A stretch of 36,030 nt of DNA from Octopus bimaculoides. Taxonomy: Eukaryota. The DNA is taken from NCBI RefSeq assembly GCF_001194135.2, contig NC_068983.1:150252560-150288589 (forward strand), written 5' to 3'. Numbering within the stretch: the first letter of the stretch is position 1; each line of letters opens with the position of its first letter. Made by a program: the position numbers and the translations under genes. The notes under the pieces were generated by a model. That model worked only from the letters and a program-made list of their open reading frames with translations, was not told the origin of the DNA and searched no databases. Shown one piece after another: positions 1 through 11,250 of the stretch.

Positions 1-289
1 AAAAGGGATTACCCTGCTATGTATAATCAGGGCAGCGCAAAAAGTTGTTTTGCACAAGCATTTCTATAGCCAATTACACGGATGAAATTTACGTATGCTT
101 AATAATTTTACGCAAAACAGCCTTCAGACTTTCCCTATTAATTTCATCGTTTTTTGAATTATGAACATATTTACATCATAAGGGTTTTTTCGTTGTAAGG
201 CTTTCTTTTTTAGTTGATTTTCAGCTAGCAAGACTTATCGTAGATGGCATAATAAGTCACACCCGGACAAGGTCGGGTTATACTGCTAG
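1..289 (+). mobile_element. 3' end of a Helitron (non-autonomous or terminal part)
   Basis: GC-rich subterminal hairpin CCCGGAC-aag-GTCGGG (262-277), an 8-nt spacer, then terminal CTAG (286-289) followed by T. This is the canonical Helitron 3' signature. The segment is richer in CpG than the adjacent intron. Confidence 0.7.
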
Positions 290-503
290 TAACCTATAAA
301 TACAATTGCTAAAATTCCCAGAACTGTTTATGTATTGAGTAGTCAGATAAATTCGTTCACTTCTTTCAAATGTTATTTGAATCAACACAGAAAATATTTT
401 TATTGTAGCTTTATGGATTTTTTTTTTTTGTAGCTCTATTCTTCTTCAGTAACTCTCATTATTTTTTAAATTTAAATAAATTTTGCTTTTCAAAGCTATG
501 ACA

Positions 504-1115
504 ATGGAGTTCCAAGTAGAAAACAAAATGAGCATTTTCAACACCTGCTTCTCTTCACTTTCAATCAAGGTTCCAAAGCTGCCAAAGCCACTCAAGATAT
601 TTACACTGTGTATGGAAAAGGTGCTATTATTGAAAGGATTGCACAGAAATAGTCTTCGTGTTTCAAGGGGGGAGGTGAAATTTGCATTTCATTCAGTTCA
701 ATGAGGATCAACTGAATGAACCCACCTATAAGGATCCGTGTCAGTCAACTAGAGAACTGGCCCTGCAGATGGAATACTCTCATGATATCATTGCTCGGTT
801 ACCCTCACACAATAGCTAAGGTCCAAAAACTTAGTGCATAGGTGCCTTACATTCTTAATGAACGAAACAAACTCCAGTGTTCTATTGCTGCCAGATTACT
901 ACTCATGGACATAAACAGATTTCTTTACCACATCATTACCAGCCATGAAAAATGGTGTCTTGTTGGGATTAGAAAGGACTAAGCAGCTACAAAATTCTTG
1001 CAAACAACCACATGATCAATGTAGAGCTTTACATTCAGTAAATTCACCAGCAAGCAACACAACAATGCTCATTGTCAGGTTGCTAATTTGACCAGAAATG
1101 CTATTCAAGAGCCTT
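504..1115 (+). pseudogene. Degenerate mariner (Tc1/mariner, DD34D-type) transposase
   Basis: Across frameshifts it reads MEFQVE..NEHFQHLLLFTFNQGSKAAKATQDIYTVYGKGAIIERIAQK*; DPCQSTRELA; KLSA*VPYIL (WVPHEL motif); HIITSHEKWCL (ITGDEKW motif); and NNAHCQVANLTRNAIQE (HDNARPH region). Stops, frameshifts and an internal deletion are present. Confidence 0.85.
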
Positions 1116-2901
1116 GTTTACATTTGTTTGTTTTAAAGAAAGTTATGAACTCTTTAATCTAAGTGAGAAAACAAATTCTTACCTCTACCATGTATTTAAA
1201 TCATGTAATGTCCATTATAAACAACCTACTTTTTGCTGAATGAGTTGGTTTTTTTTTTCCTTTTTCTGGCATATTGTTATCTAAACTGTTTTTTGAAAAA
1301 GCAGTCACTAATAACTCTTTGAGAGACGATTTATTCAACAATTTAATCAATGTGTTAACTGCAGAAAAGACTTTGGAGAGGATATCCAGGATGACATATC
1401 TATTTCTTTTGTATATCCTTCAAATACCCAACTGCAATTCATCTAATCTCCCAAAGTAACTTGGGCAAAATATTATCTGAAGACTAGTCTGTCACTGAAT
1501 AGCTTGCATGTGTTGCTGGTCCAAAAAATACCTTTAGGACAATGCTAATCCTGTTGAGCATTTTGTTCAACTTTTTCTTTTGAGTTGTTATTGCTTCAAT
1601 TATCCAACAAATCAATTTGTATGCAGAACAGAAGTGCAGTTCCAGCATGTGTTGATGAAATCTCTGTATATCTAGGATGGAAATAACAGCTTAATTGTAA
1701 ATTTCATAATGAATAAGCTGCAAAAAGGTCAAGGAAAAACATTTTTTCTTTTTTTTTTTGTGTGTGTCATGTTTGTATGTATAATACGAACTGCATTTAA
1801 TTTATTACCAACCCCTTTCTTTTCATCACCTTCCTTTAGTATAATCTGCTTTTGGTTATTATTATTATGCAATTAATTAACAAATATACATGCACAACTT
1901 TATTTTTAGCATAAATGAACTATGTACATTAAAAAAAATGTTTTTTCCTGAAATACTACCGACTTTCACAATCTGACCATAAGTAAAGACACTATAAGCA
2001 TTAGAATAAACAGTCCTTTTTAGGCCTTTTCTACACAGGACTGAGCTTTTGACTTCAAAAATGTTTAACTGGATGTCAAAAGTTAAGTCATTAAGAAGTA
2101 GAAAAACTTCTAATAACCCACTGAATAGGACACAAGATTTAACCAAGTACATAAAATGGTAAAAGTCAAGTTATATAGTACTTTTAGTGCATGTAGAAGT
2201 TGATGTATCTACTCCTCTACCTTATTGCAACATGGACTGCTAGGTGAACTGAACAGTAAAAATATCTACTCAGAGACACACTGTTCCAATGGTAGAATAG
2301 AAATTAAACCATCCAGGGAATATACTAACTCAAATTAAAACAAGGTTTTTGACATCTGACTTACACAATAATATAAACCTCATAATCTTTGGACCCTACC
2401 TTAAGGAAGCACACATCTGTTTGTCTCATCCAGTCCTATAATAAAACTATACAGTAACAACAAATGATTCATTTTATGAAGACACTCACCCATACTATCA
2501 TAAAGAAACAATTGTAAATGTATTTTACAAAAGAAGGGGGGGGGGTATAAAATTATCAACTCATAAATTCATATAATTCATGTATAAATTGATGTATTTC
2601 TCAAAATGTTGTTTATACAAAACAATATATACATTTGTATATTAAGACTCCAGTCCAGAAAGGATAAATTTATAACTTCCTTATGAATAGACCCCAAATT
2701 TCCAATCATGTTAGCTCAACTATTTAGATCATATTTTACTGTTACATAAACCAATCATGCTATCAGTAATAAATCTCTTAATACAGGCTACCACAATATC
2801 CTTCAAATACATCCACTCAATTACTTCATTTTAAAATACTAATTTGTCAAAATAATCAAAATTCTTGCAAGATTCTTTATGTGAATTCATGTATTGAAGC
2901 A

Positions 2902-3164
2902 TATGTTATCGTCCGGGGAGAGTCATTCTGTTTAATGCCTTATAAACACACTCACCAGTTCTATTTCCACTTGTTTATTTTTTTCTAAAGTTTTCGTCAC
3001 TTCTTGCATCCACTTCAATAGTCATTAACTCTTAACGACTACTGAAGAGGTTGCAAGAAGCAACAAAAATTTTATTAAAAAATAAGTAAATGAGTGGAAA
3101 TCGACTGGTGAGTGCATTAATTAATAAGGCATTGAAACAGAATGACTCTCCTCAAACACAATAA
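2902..3164. mobile_element. Palindromic (fold-back) MITE of about 260 bp
   Basis: The left arm (ggagagtcattctgttt-aatgccttat..cactcaccagtt..tttccac..ttcttgcatccacttcaatagtc) is the imperfect reverse complement of the right arm (gactactgaagaggttgcaagaag..gtggaaatcgactggtgagtg..aaggcattgaaacagaatgactctcc). The loop is at 3024-3036. Confidence 0.8.
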
Positions 3165-3644
3165 TCAAAATCTCTTTTCTATATAACCAAATGGTTAAAC
3201 TCAGTCTTCGATAATGGAACTGGAAATACAAGACAAGTTGTTACCATGACAATCTGAACTCAGAGCAGCCAATGATTCACAACTTTGGTAAAACGTGCTG
3301 TATAGACCAGAATATTTGCTTACCAGTAATGATACTATTCAGTCAGTCACTGTTGGTGCTGAAAATTCATTACTGGATTTCTACCCAAACTACTTCTCAC
3401 ATGTTCACAAAATGGTTGCTTTCTGATGAAAGAAACAAGCCTTTAAATACCCTTAAAATGTTTTTGATACCAGACTGTTTCTAGATTTCTAACTTATCTC
3501 AAAATCAGTACAACATACAACACAAATCAAAATTTTTATTTCTAGAATCATACTAAAATAGTATATAGAAGGTAGTTTAAAAAAATTTAAGTGATTTAGT
3601 TACAGTTGTGCAAGCTTGATAAGCCTTTATTCAGCTGAAGTGAT

Positions 3645-3695
3645 ATATAAAATGTCTCAAAGAAGCCATTCTTCATTTATTCATCTAAAGTGAAT

Positions 3696-3735
<40 letters not shown>

Positions 3736-3764
3736 GATATAAAATGTCTCAAAGAAGCCATTCT
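3645..3764 (+). repeat. 28-bp exact direct repeat flanking a (TA)n-containing insert
   Basis: atataaaatgtctcaaagaagccattct occurs at 3645-3672 and 3737-3764. Confidence 0.85.
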
Positions 3765-5093
3765 CCCAAGCAAGGTATATTGACTAACTTATTCTATAAA
3801 TAGCAGAACACATTAAAAAATGAAACAAGACTACAAGAGAATTTAAAAATAGAGAGAAATTGATGCATCTCTTTAATGAGAATTCCAGATTAAGAGTTTG
3901 TTGAAATCTCAACATACATAGTGTTATATAAAGGTGTGTTTTAGCAGTTGTAATACACATGACAATGAGCACATAATACCTGTAATATCTAGAAAGAAAA
4001 TCTGAAAATAAAATGATTCTAGACTATAAATCTATAAAACAGTTTGAGTATAGTTGAACTAAGACATAATTAGAAATAATTATTATTATTAGAGTGTGGT
4101 GGAAATAATATCACACAGACATAGCTAACAATATGCTTTGGTGATGAGTAATAAAGTAAGAGAAAATCTACATTTGTATGCAGCAAGCAATGACTATGAA
4201 AATAAAACTGAAGTTTTGACACTAATAAATCCATGTGTAGAATTGATTATTGAAATATACTGACTGCAGTACCAATGGTGCTTTTGATGGTAGATTTTAA
4301 AAATAACTGGTGACTATGAATTTAATTTCAGCAATTAAATGGCTCTTCCTCCGACACAAAATAGGCAAATTTATAGTTTCACATATTCTGAAGCACAGCT
4401 TGCAACATAAAAAAAACTTTATACTTTAGAATGTCCTAAATTTTACACAATATTTTACAAATGAATTTTAATGTTCACAAAATGAAGTACTGAAGTTATC
4501 TAAATAAGTAAATGAATGAACATTATGATCAAGGTTAGCAAAGAAGTTTTTATTTTCAAACTAATTTTCTTAGAATTTATTCATCTCAAAAGCTAGGATA
4601 GTGCACAAACATTTAAGCTCTCTTAAATTAATGGTAAATTCTAAGTAGGTGAAATGAATGTAGTTAATATTTTTGTTTCGCATTATTATGGAATACCAAT
4701 AGAAAGAGAGCATTGGAGTAAAATTCCTGATTGAGTAGAGTCTAGTCACTTACATATAATAAAAGGTCAAGAAATATAGGTAGAGCTGCCATAAAACTGG
4801 AGAGTTTAGAAGAGCAAGCACTATAGTAACAACAGTATAAAAGTCAGAAAAGATAGTTTGATGAAAGATAATATATTGCAGAATATTAACAAATGAAGCC
4901 ATGTCCACCAAATGAAAAGGTTTTTCTTAAATGTATGCATAAGTCTGCACATGTTCAAAAGTGTGTAGTGTACACTGTTCAACTCACACAAGCATTATGT
5001 AGGGCAAAATTAGTCAAGTCATTACAGGTAAGTAAAACTTACTTGTAATGAAGACGAGACTAATTTGCTTTTGTTGGAGGCAAGATTATATAA

Positions 5094-5275
5094 TTAACCT
5101 TTTTGATAATTTACTCACCTGAGACTTCCTGTTTTAAAGTGATCTAAATTAAGATCTTCCGTCAAAGTTTCCTGTTAATTTATGTTCCAAATATCAGATG
5201 AATAATGACAAAACTATTCATTAGATTGTCATTTATAAAATTATTTGAAGCAAAGGCAGTATGTTTCAACATAAA
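5094..5275. mobile_element. Degenerate TTAA-terminated (piggyBac-type) MITE
   Basis: Starts TTAA|CCTTTT and resembles a recalled octopus MITE (gtgatctaaattaa..gttaatttatgttccaaa..aaaggcagt.t.tttcaaca). The right end is decayed. Confidence 0.4.
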
Positions 5276-5280
5276 TACAC

Positions 5281-5935
5281 TACTAACATCCATCTTCTAT
5301 GCTGGCATGGATTGGATGTTTTAACAGGAGCTGGCAAACCAGAAAGCTGCACCAGGCTCCATTGTTTGTTTTGGAATGGTTCCTATGACAGGATGCCCTT
5401 CCTAATGCTAACCACTTTACAGAATGTACTGGGTGCTTTTTACATGGCACCAACACCAGCAGGATCACCAAGTAACTTGCAGGACAAAGACCTCACTGCT
5501 GAGTGCCAGCTGAGAGGTTCGAGTAATAATAGACAAAGATATGTGTCTAATTATAGAGGAGAATGGAGGGGCTTGCAGCAGGTGATGATCATGGTTGATG
5601 GGAAGAGGGGGTATTGGGAAGATGGGCTGGAGGGGAGTTTTGACAGAGGGCATATTGTGTATGTGCATGGCAAGGGGTCTATGGCCATAAATGGCATGCC
5701 TGTATGTATGGATGGCCACAATTTTACTTAGCTTGATGGGTCTTCTCAAACACAGCAAATTGCCAAAAGTCTTGGTTCGTTGTCATTTCTTCTGTGAAGT
5801 TCAACATCTGAAGATCATTTCTCACCACTTCGTCCCATGTTTCCTTAGTCTACCTCTTCCACAGGTTCCCTCCACAATTAGAGATTGGCACTTCTTTATG
5901 CAGTTGTCCTTATCCATACACAACACAGCATGTAA
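5281..5935 (-). mobile_element. Old RTE LINE 3' fragment (ORF C-terminus plus 3' UTR) with an unrelated internal segment
   Basis: The minus strand encodes AVLCMDKDNCIKKCQSLIVEGTCGRGRLRK, homologous to the RTE C-terminus at 14059-14335. 5285-5470 matches the decayed 3' UTR (catgctggcatggattgg..ggatgcccttcctaatgc..gggtgctttttacatggcacc). Confidence 0.75.
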
Positions 5936-6124
5936 TATAAATCCCAAGATAGCCTTTTCTACAGAAAAGGAGACTGCCTTGAAATGTCTGCTGCTTTGTT
6001 GACCACTCACCAGACAATAAATCTAGCTATTACAAGTAAATTCTAGCTAATGATGAATTTAAATAGCTATTTACTCTAAGTGTGTATGTACATACATATA
6101 TAGATATATATATATATACACACA

Positions 6125-6278
6125 TGACAGGCTTCTGTACAGCTTCCATCAGCCAAATTTCACTCACATAACATTAGTTGACTTGAGGCAATTTTAGAAG
6201 ACTCTTACCCAAGATGTGATATAGAATCAAACCCAAAACCACATAGCTGCAAGGTGAACTTAATCACACAGCCATGCC
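6125..6278 (-). mobile_element. Degenerate tRNA-derived SINE
   Basis: Reverse complement resembles the 5' part of the SINE copies at 7884 and 17670 (ggcatggctgtgtg..ttgggtaagagtcttct..gtgagtgaaatttgg..gaagcctgtc). Confidence 0.65.
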
Positions 6279-7883
6279 AATGCCTAAATATAGTAAATAA
6301 GATGTCTAAAATGTATCTTGGCATTTTATAGGATCAAGTAGCAAAGAAAAACCTAGCCAGGATCACATCTCTTCAGCTCCTGTTACAGAAAGATATGAAA
6401 TCAACACTAAATAAATTAATCACTTATCAAGTATACAATATTTTAGTTAGAAAGCTGATATCATAACTTTGCCAACTATAGCTCTCGTTTCTATGTATGT
6501 AGTCTGATTATAAATAATATCAAATTGAATAATCACAATGAAAACCAATGAACAAACTTTAAAAAACCATCAAAGCATGATCAATGACATTGCCATTGTA
6601 TCTTTAACTGGTTTTCTTTTTTGAAAGGATTTATAATTAGATTACAGAATTTCTAAATTTAATATATTATTGAAAACTTTATCTAGATGTTTATATGTAC
6701 TAATACTGATTTGGACAAAATCAATCTCATAAATACAGACACTGACTGGAATTTTATTTCTACATAAAAGATAAGCTGGGGGAGAAAAAGTCCTCAATTT
6801 CAAAGAGACAAGATAGTCACAGATGGAATGCCTTTGATCATAATTCTACTCAAATAGGCCTGACTTTAGGGATTAAACAACCTCTTTTCACTAGTATAAA
6901 ACTTGTTAATCAGATAGAGCCAACACCCAATTATTTGCATAATGTGATTTATGTTCACCACAGTAGCTCCCACCACCACTGTTCTTTATCTTTCTCAACC
7001 AACTTAAACTCGCATTTTATGAACTTCTTAGACACAAAATTCTAGTCAAAAAAAAAAAAAAAAAAAACTCATTTAAATTCAAGAAATTAAGACATACTTA
7101 TTCCAACATAATGTTTTTGACACAGGTTAAAATCTTAATGAATGTTAGACAACACTCAGTTTGCCAGGAATTTTACTACTACAATTCAATGTCACACTAA
7201 CCAGAAGTATTAATTCTAAAACCATGACTAGAACTACAATAGTTCAAAGCAACTAAAAGAATGGATAACATTGTCGCTATCAACAAGCAACTATTTAAAA
7301 GTGGATAGGGGAGTATTAAACAACAGATGATAGGATTGAAAAGAACCAAAATACATTTCAAATATAGCAGGATGGAGGAAAGCAAGATTGTTGACTTGAC
7401 TTAAAATGAGTTGCTTTTAATGTAAGATTGACCTGCTTTTTAAATAGCTTAAGTAAAATGAAGATGAAATTTGTGCACTAATACAGAATCAAATTGTTAG
7501 AAGTGTACTATAAGCATTTACAGCAGCTTACTGCTAGAATAGCTAAAGATTAAACATCATGAACTGCATAAATGGTTCACTTTGTTACTGACGTAAAGTT
7601 AGTGAAAGCATGATGGCTAGAATTTGAAGAGAAAGTAAATTGAGGAATATGACCTGCACTAGCAACAAAGAATTTCTTCTCAGGGTATTAAAAGTCATTT
7701 GACCAATAGAAATAAAGAGATCCATAAAAAATGTTCTCAACTGTTTAAAAATTAGTTACATGGCAGCATATTTTAAAAGACAGAAAGAAATCAAGACACG
7801 TTCATTAAAAATTTCATTTGACTACTGTCTCAGAAGCCGGCTAAAGCAGAGCCACGAACTTAAAAGGATTCACCAATCAAAAA

Positions 7884-8037
7884 GACAGGTTGTGTGGTAA
7901 GAAGTTTGTTTCCTAACCACATGGTCCTGGATTTAGTCCCACTGTGTGGTATCTTGGGCAAATGTCTTCTGTAGTCTCTGGCCAACCAAAGACTTGTGAG
8001 TGGATTTGGTAGATGGAAACTGAAAGAAGCCCGTCAA

Positions 8038-8068
<31 letters not shown>
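7884..8068 (+). mobile_element. tRNA-derived SINE ending in (TA)n and a gap
   Basis: tgtgtggtaagaagtttg..aaccacatggtcc..agtcccactg..ttgggcaaatgtcttct..ccaaagacttgtgagtggatttggtagatggaaactgaaagaagcccgtc is shared with the copies at 15837 and 17670. Confidence 0.8.
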
Positions 8069-8829
8069 NNNNNNNNNNNNNNNNNNNNNNNNNNNNNNNN
8101 NNNNNNNNNNNNNNNNNNNNNNNNNNNNNNNNNNNNNNNNNNNNNNNNNNNNNNNNNNNNNNNNNNNNNNNNNNNNNNNNNNNNNTATATATATATATAT
8201 ATATATATATATTAGTGGTGACTCTGGTACTCGGGCTTAGCCTGAGTATAACTTTAGTAAAGTGAATGTGTATTTACAAGCTGATTCCATTTCTGCCAAC
8301 ACTGACTTCAAGTATGTAATTGCAGCCAATAATTCAGGGTCCTTTTATTGAGCCTGGTCCACAGTTCATTTATTTTCATTCGGTGTCTGGCAGTTGTCTT
8401 AGGTGTCCTGTGTCAAAAAATATCATTCATAGCAGACATTCTCTCGACATCATTCACATGCACCTGACTCAAGCTCAGAAGTTACAGCCCTAATTGTTAT
8501 CTATAATCGTAAAAATTAAAAGTAATTCAAATTCAATGTTTTCTTGAAACAATAAATTTCTATAGAGATTAGGATTTAAATTCCAATCTATGAAAAGTTT
8601 CTGTTCTACAATATTCTTAAAGAAACAAAAAATTATCCAGCAACTCAGGCTAATACGAACAAGCCTGGTAGGTGTAAAGGACTAACCGACATTTCTTATC
8701 AAGAGTACAGCAACAGTCAGATTGCTGGTGTTTGTTGTGCACTCCGCTTTCATTATTTGACTGTGGTTATTCTGTGCATCTGTGTGTAAAGATCAGTTGT
8801 TTTGGATGGTTGCCTTATTTTTACCCTAG

Positions 8830-9180
8830 AAGCTATTTGGGGCTAGAAATACTGCAGAAAAACATGAAATTCTTCAAGCAAGTAGGCCAACTCCTTCATT
8901 GAAAACTAAAGGTGGAACTCAAACATTCCAGATAAAATGATATGAACAGATTTATTGGTTTTGTGCAAGTAGCATCACAGAGAAACTCTACTGCTAGCCA
9001 CGTTTGTTGTTTCAACCAAAAGCTAATCAGTCGTGGACAGTTGAAGGCTATAATAATTATAAAAACATCCTGAGTGACCATAAGCATCACAGTAAATTAG
9101 GGAGTCATTTAAGTAGTTACAAAAGCTTGAAAACTTTCTAACTGTTTGACATTGTGACAGCTACTAGTGAGTCTGCTAAA
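8830..9180 (+). pseudogene. hAT transposase relic (ZMYM1/TTF zinc-finger-like N-terminal region)
   Basis: Reads AEKHEILQASRPTPSLKTKGGTQTFQIK*YEQIYWFCASSITEKLYC*PRLLFQPKANQSWTVEGYNNYKNILSDHKHHSKLGSHL. This fits the GRPTP.L..R.F...WY....WL......L.C.PC.LF...W...G......KH..S..H pattern of hAT/ZMYM1 transposases, with in-frame stops. Confidence 0.75.
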
Positions 9181-9300
9181 CTGGAACTACCAGGCCCAAG
9201 TAAGAAATGCAGAAAGTACCTGGGGCCAATTAGTTTGACTAAAATTCAAGGCGGTGCCCCAGCATAAAACAGGTAAAAGAATAAAAGAATAGTTACTTTA

Positions 9301-9333
<33 letters not shown>

Positions 9334-9590
9334 AAATAAATTAAAAAGAAATTAAGTTGGCTTATTGAAGAAGAATGAATTTTAAATATTTAGTGCCTTA
9401 TATATATATAAAAAAAAAAAAAAGGAAGCTATAGCAGCTGTAGAAACCAGTGACAATCAAAAGTATTTAAGCAGCAACTGAAAAAAGACCAACTGTGCTT
9501 GTGTGGATGTATAAAACAAGCTTCAAAAGTTTAATGAGATACTGTGAAAGAAGAAAAAGAGCTCATTGAGAAGATGCCATAAACAAGACT

Positions 9591-9812
9591 TTAACCCTTC
9601 AGCATTCAGATTACTCTGACAAACGCAATGTTTATTTACTCGCATGGTTTTAAATTAATCAGGTATTATCTCAAAGCTTCAAGATTTCGATGATGTGGTT
9701 GTTAATTTTTAGAATGACATTATGGGATAAGTGTGAGAGGTCAGATCTGACTGGTTTAATCATAAAACAAAGTAGTATATTTGGGCCTGACATGGGTGGT
9801 TCAAATACTAAC
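9591..9812. mobile_element. TTAA-flanked (piggyBac-type) MITE
   Basis: Begins TTAA|CCCTTCAGCATTCAGATTACTCTG, resembling a recalled abundant octopus MITE. The right terminus is degenerate. Confidence 0.55.
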
Positions 9813-9895
9813 ATTGCCAAAATGAGTTAGTGACATACTGCACTGATGAACACTGGAAGCTCTAGTCAATACCTCTAACTCCATAATTAAGCTTC

Positions 9896-10360
9896 TTAAC
9901 CTTTTCACAACCAATCTCCTGAACACTATGTAACCTCCTGAACCAATTTTTTTTTAAATGTTTCAAATATAACCACTTTCAGAGTCAGACAGTAGAATTG
10001 TTTTGATTATTTGAGTAATATTTATTCATTCTCATCAAATATTTATTCACAGAAATGCTTGAATTTTTTTTAAGATGAACATTAGACATGTTTTGTGGAA
10101 ATTATTGCTCTTTTCTGTGAGAAACTGGTCCTTGGGTATGGTGTTTTCAAACCCTGGGATTTCACAAATTCGCAAGTCTTTGAATCACCAATAATATTCA
10201 TACCTATCATTTGCATACAGAAGGAGTTCTATTGTTGCTATATGTCCAAAGAATGCTTTCAGTTCTTCCAATGAAAGAATTTTTCCACAAAAGTTCTTTG
10301 CAATACACTTCCAGTCTGGTACACATTCTCAACCAAAATCAAATTCCATAAGTCATCTCT
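9896..10360 (-). pseudogene. piggyBac (PGBD4-like) transposase relic with a TTAA terminus
   Basis: The minus strand reads DDLWNLILVE, then in a second frame LSLEELKAFFGHIATIELLLYANDRYEYYW*FKDLRICEIPGFENTIPKDQFL. This matches the piggyBac pattern ELKAF.G...M.....Y..YW.....TP.F...M.R.RF. The element ends GTGAAAAGG|TTAA at 9896-9899. Confidence 0.65.
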
Positions 10361-10394
10361 GAATAAAGAGAAGCTAGGTTGAGTACTTTGTGAT

Positions 10395-10857
10395 TTCTTA
10401 CTTTCTGCAAGCCAAGTGAGACCATAACCTGTGGTGTAACCAGCCCACTTATGTGTACCTTTCCTTCATTGGACATTAAACTCTGCTTGCGAAGACCTGT
10501 TGAGGCAAGTGAAATCGAAATCAAAGTCAATGACAGCACTGCATGACTGGCATCCGTGCCAGTGGAGCACTAACAGCACCATCCGAGCGGCACTGTTGCC
10601 AGGGCCACTGACTGGCTCCCATGCCGGTGGCATGTAAGAAGCACTATTCAAGCGTGATCGTTACCAGCGTCGCCTTACTGACACTTGTGCCGGTGGCACA
10701 TGCAAAACAACATTCGAGCGAGGTCATTGCCAGTGCCACTGGACTGGCTCCTGTGCAGGTGGCATGTAAAAAAACACCATTTGAGCGTGGCCGTTGCCAG
10801 CAGCACCTGACTGGCCCTCGTGCCGGTGGCACGTAAAAGCACCCACTACACACTCGG
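10395..10857 (+). mobile_element. SINE / RTE-3'UTR-type element with tandem ~60-bp subunits, truncated by a gap
   Basis: Repeated gccggtggca(c/t)gtaa..agca..gagcg..ttgccag..ctgactggct units lead into aaaagcacccactacacactcgg, as in the RTE 3' UTR copies. Confidence 0.7.
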
Positions 10858-10957
10858 NNNNNNNNNNNNNNNNNNNNNNNNNNNNNNNNNNNNNNNNNNN
10901 NNNNNNNNNNNNNNNNNNNNNNNNNNNNNNNNNNNNNNNNNNNNNNNNNNNNNNNNN

Positions 10958-10989
<32 letters not shown>

Positions 10990-11250
10990 CACACACATAC
11001 AGTATAGTCATATGCGTAAGTATGCTTGTGCGTTCCTTTGTCTATACGTGATGATTGTAAATGAGCATCAATGTCACACAAGCAAAGTTATCAGTTTCAA
11101 GTCTTTCATGAAAAAGATGTCTAGCTATGAGAAAATGTTACCTTGTTTGGGAATAAGTGAGTGTAGGTGACAAGAAGGCATCAGGCCACAGAAAATCTAC
11201 CTCAGCAAATTCTGACTGACCCATGCAAGCATTGTAAGGTGGGCATTAAA
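10958..11250 (+). mobile_element. 3' half of a tRNA-derived SINE
   Basis: Similar to 17860-18095 (gtgatgattgtaaatgagc..ccttg.ttgg.aa..aagtgag..ggtgacaagaaggcatc.ggcc..agaaaatct..acccatgcaagcat). Confidence 0.6.

Noticed and set aside
1525-1665. Minus-strand open segment after a good acceptor (cctag|, DIQRFHQHMLELHFCSAY...SIVLK|GTATTT)
   Set aside because: It is phase-compatible at entry but has no resemblance to the conserved B56 exon 2 or any family I recognise; probably chance.
5119-5171. Exon-like segment on the minus strand (acag|ETLTEDLNLDHFKTGSL, CAG|GTGAGT)
   Set aside because: It lies inside a TTAA-bounded MITE-like repeat, has a poor pyrimidine tract, enters in phase 0 (incompatible with the phase-1 B56 donor) and shows no B56 similarity.
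5261-5731. 156-aa ORF in the track
   Set aside because: It is a composite of antisense RTE 3' UTR and purine-rich filler, with no protein motif.
10205-10359. AG/GT-bounded segment that looked like a host coding exon
   Set aside because: All three frames from the acceptor contain stops, and the peptide is better explained as a piggyBac transposase relic.
10560-10857. Regularly spaced ~60-bp repeats that superficially resemble a CRISPR array
   Set aside because: The units are degenerate tandem modules of the RTE/SINE 3' UTR with no unique spacers, the context is eukaryotic, and there are no cas genes.
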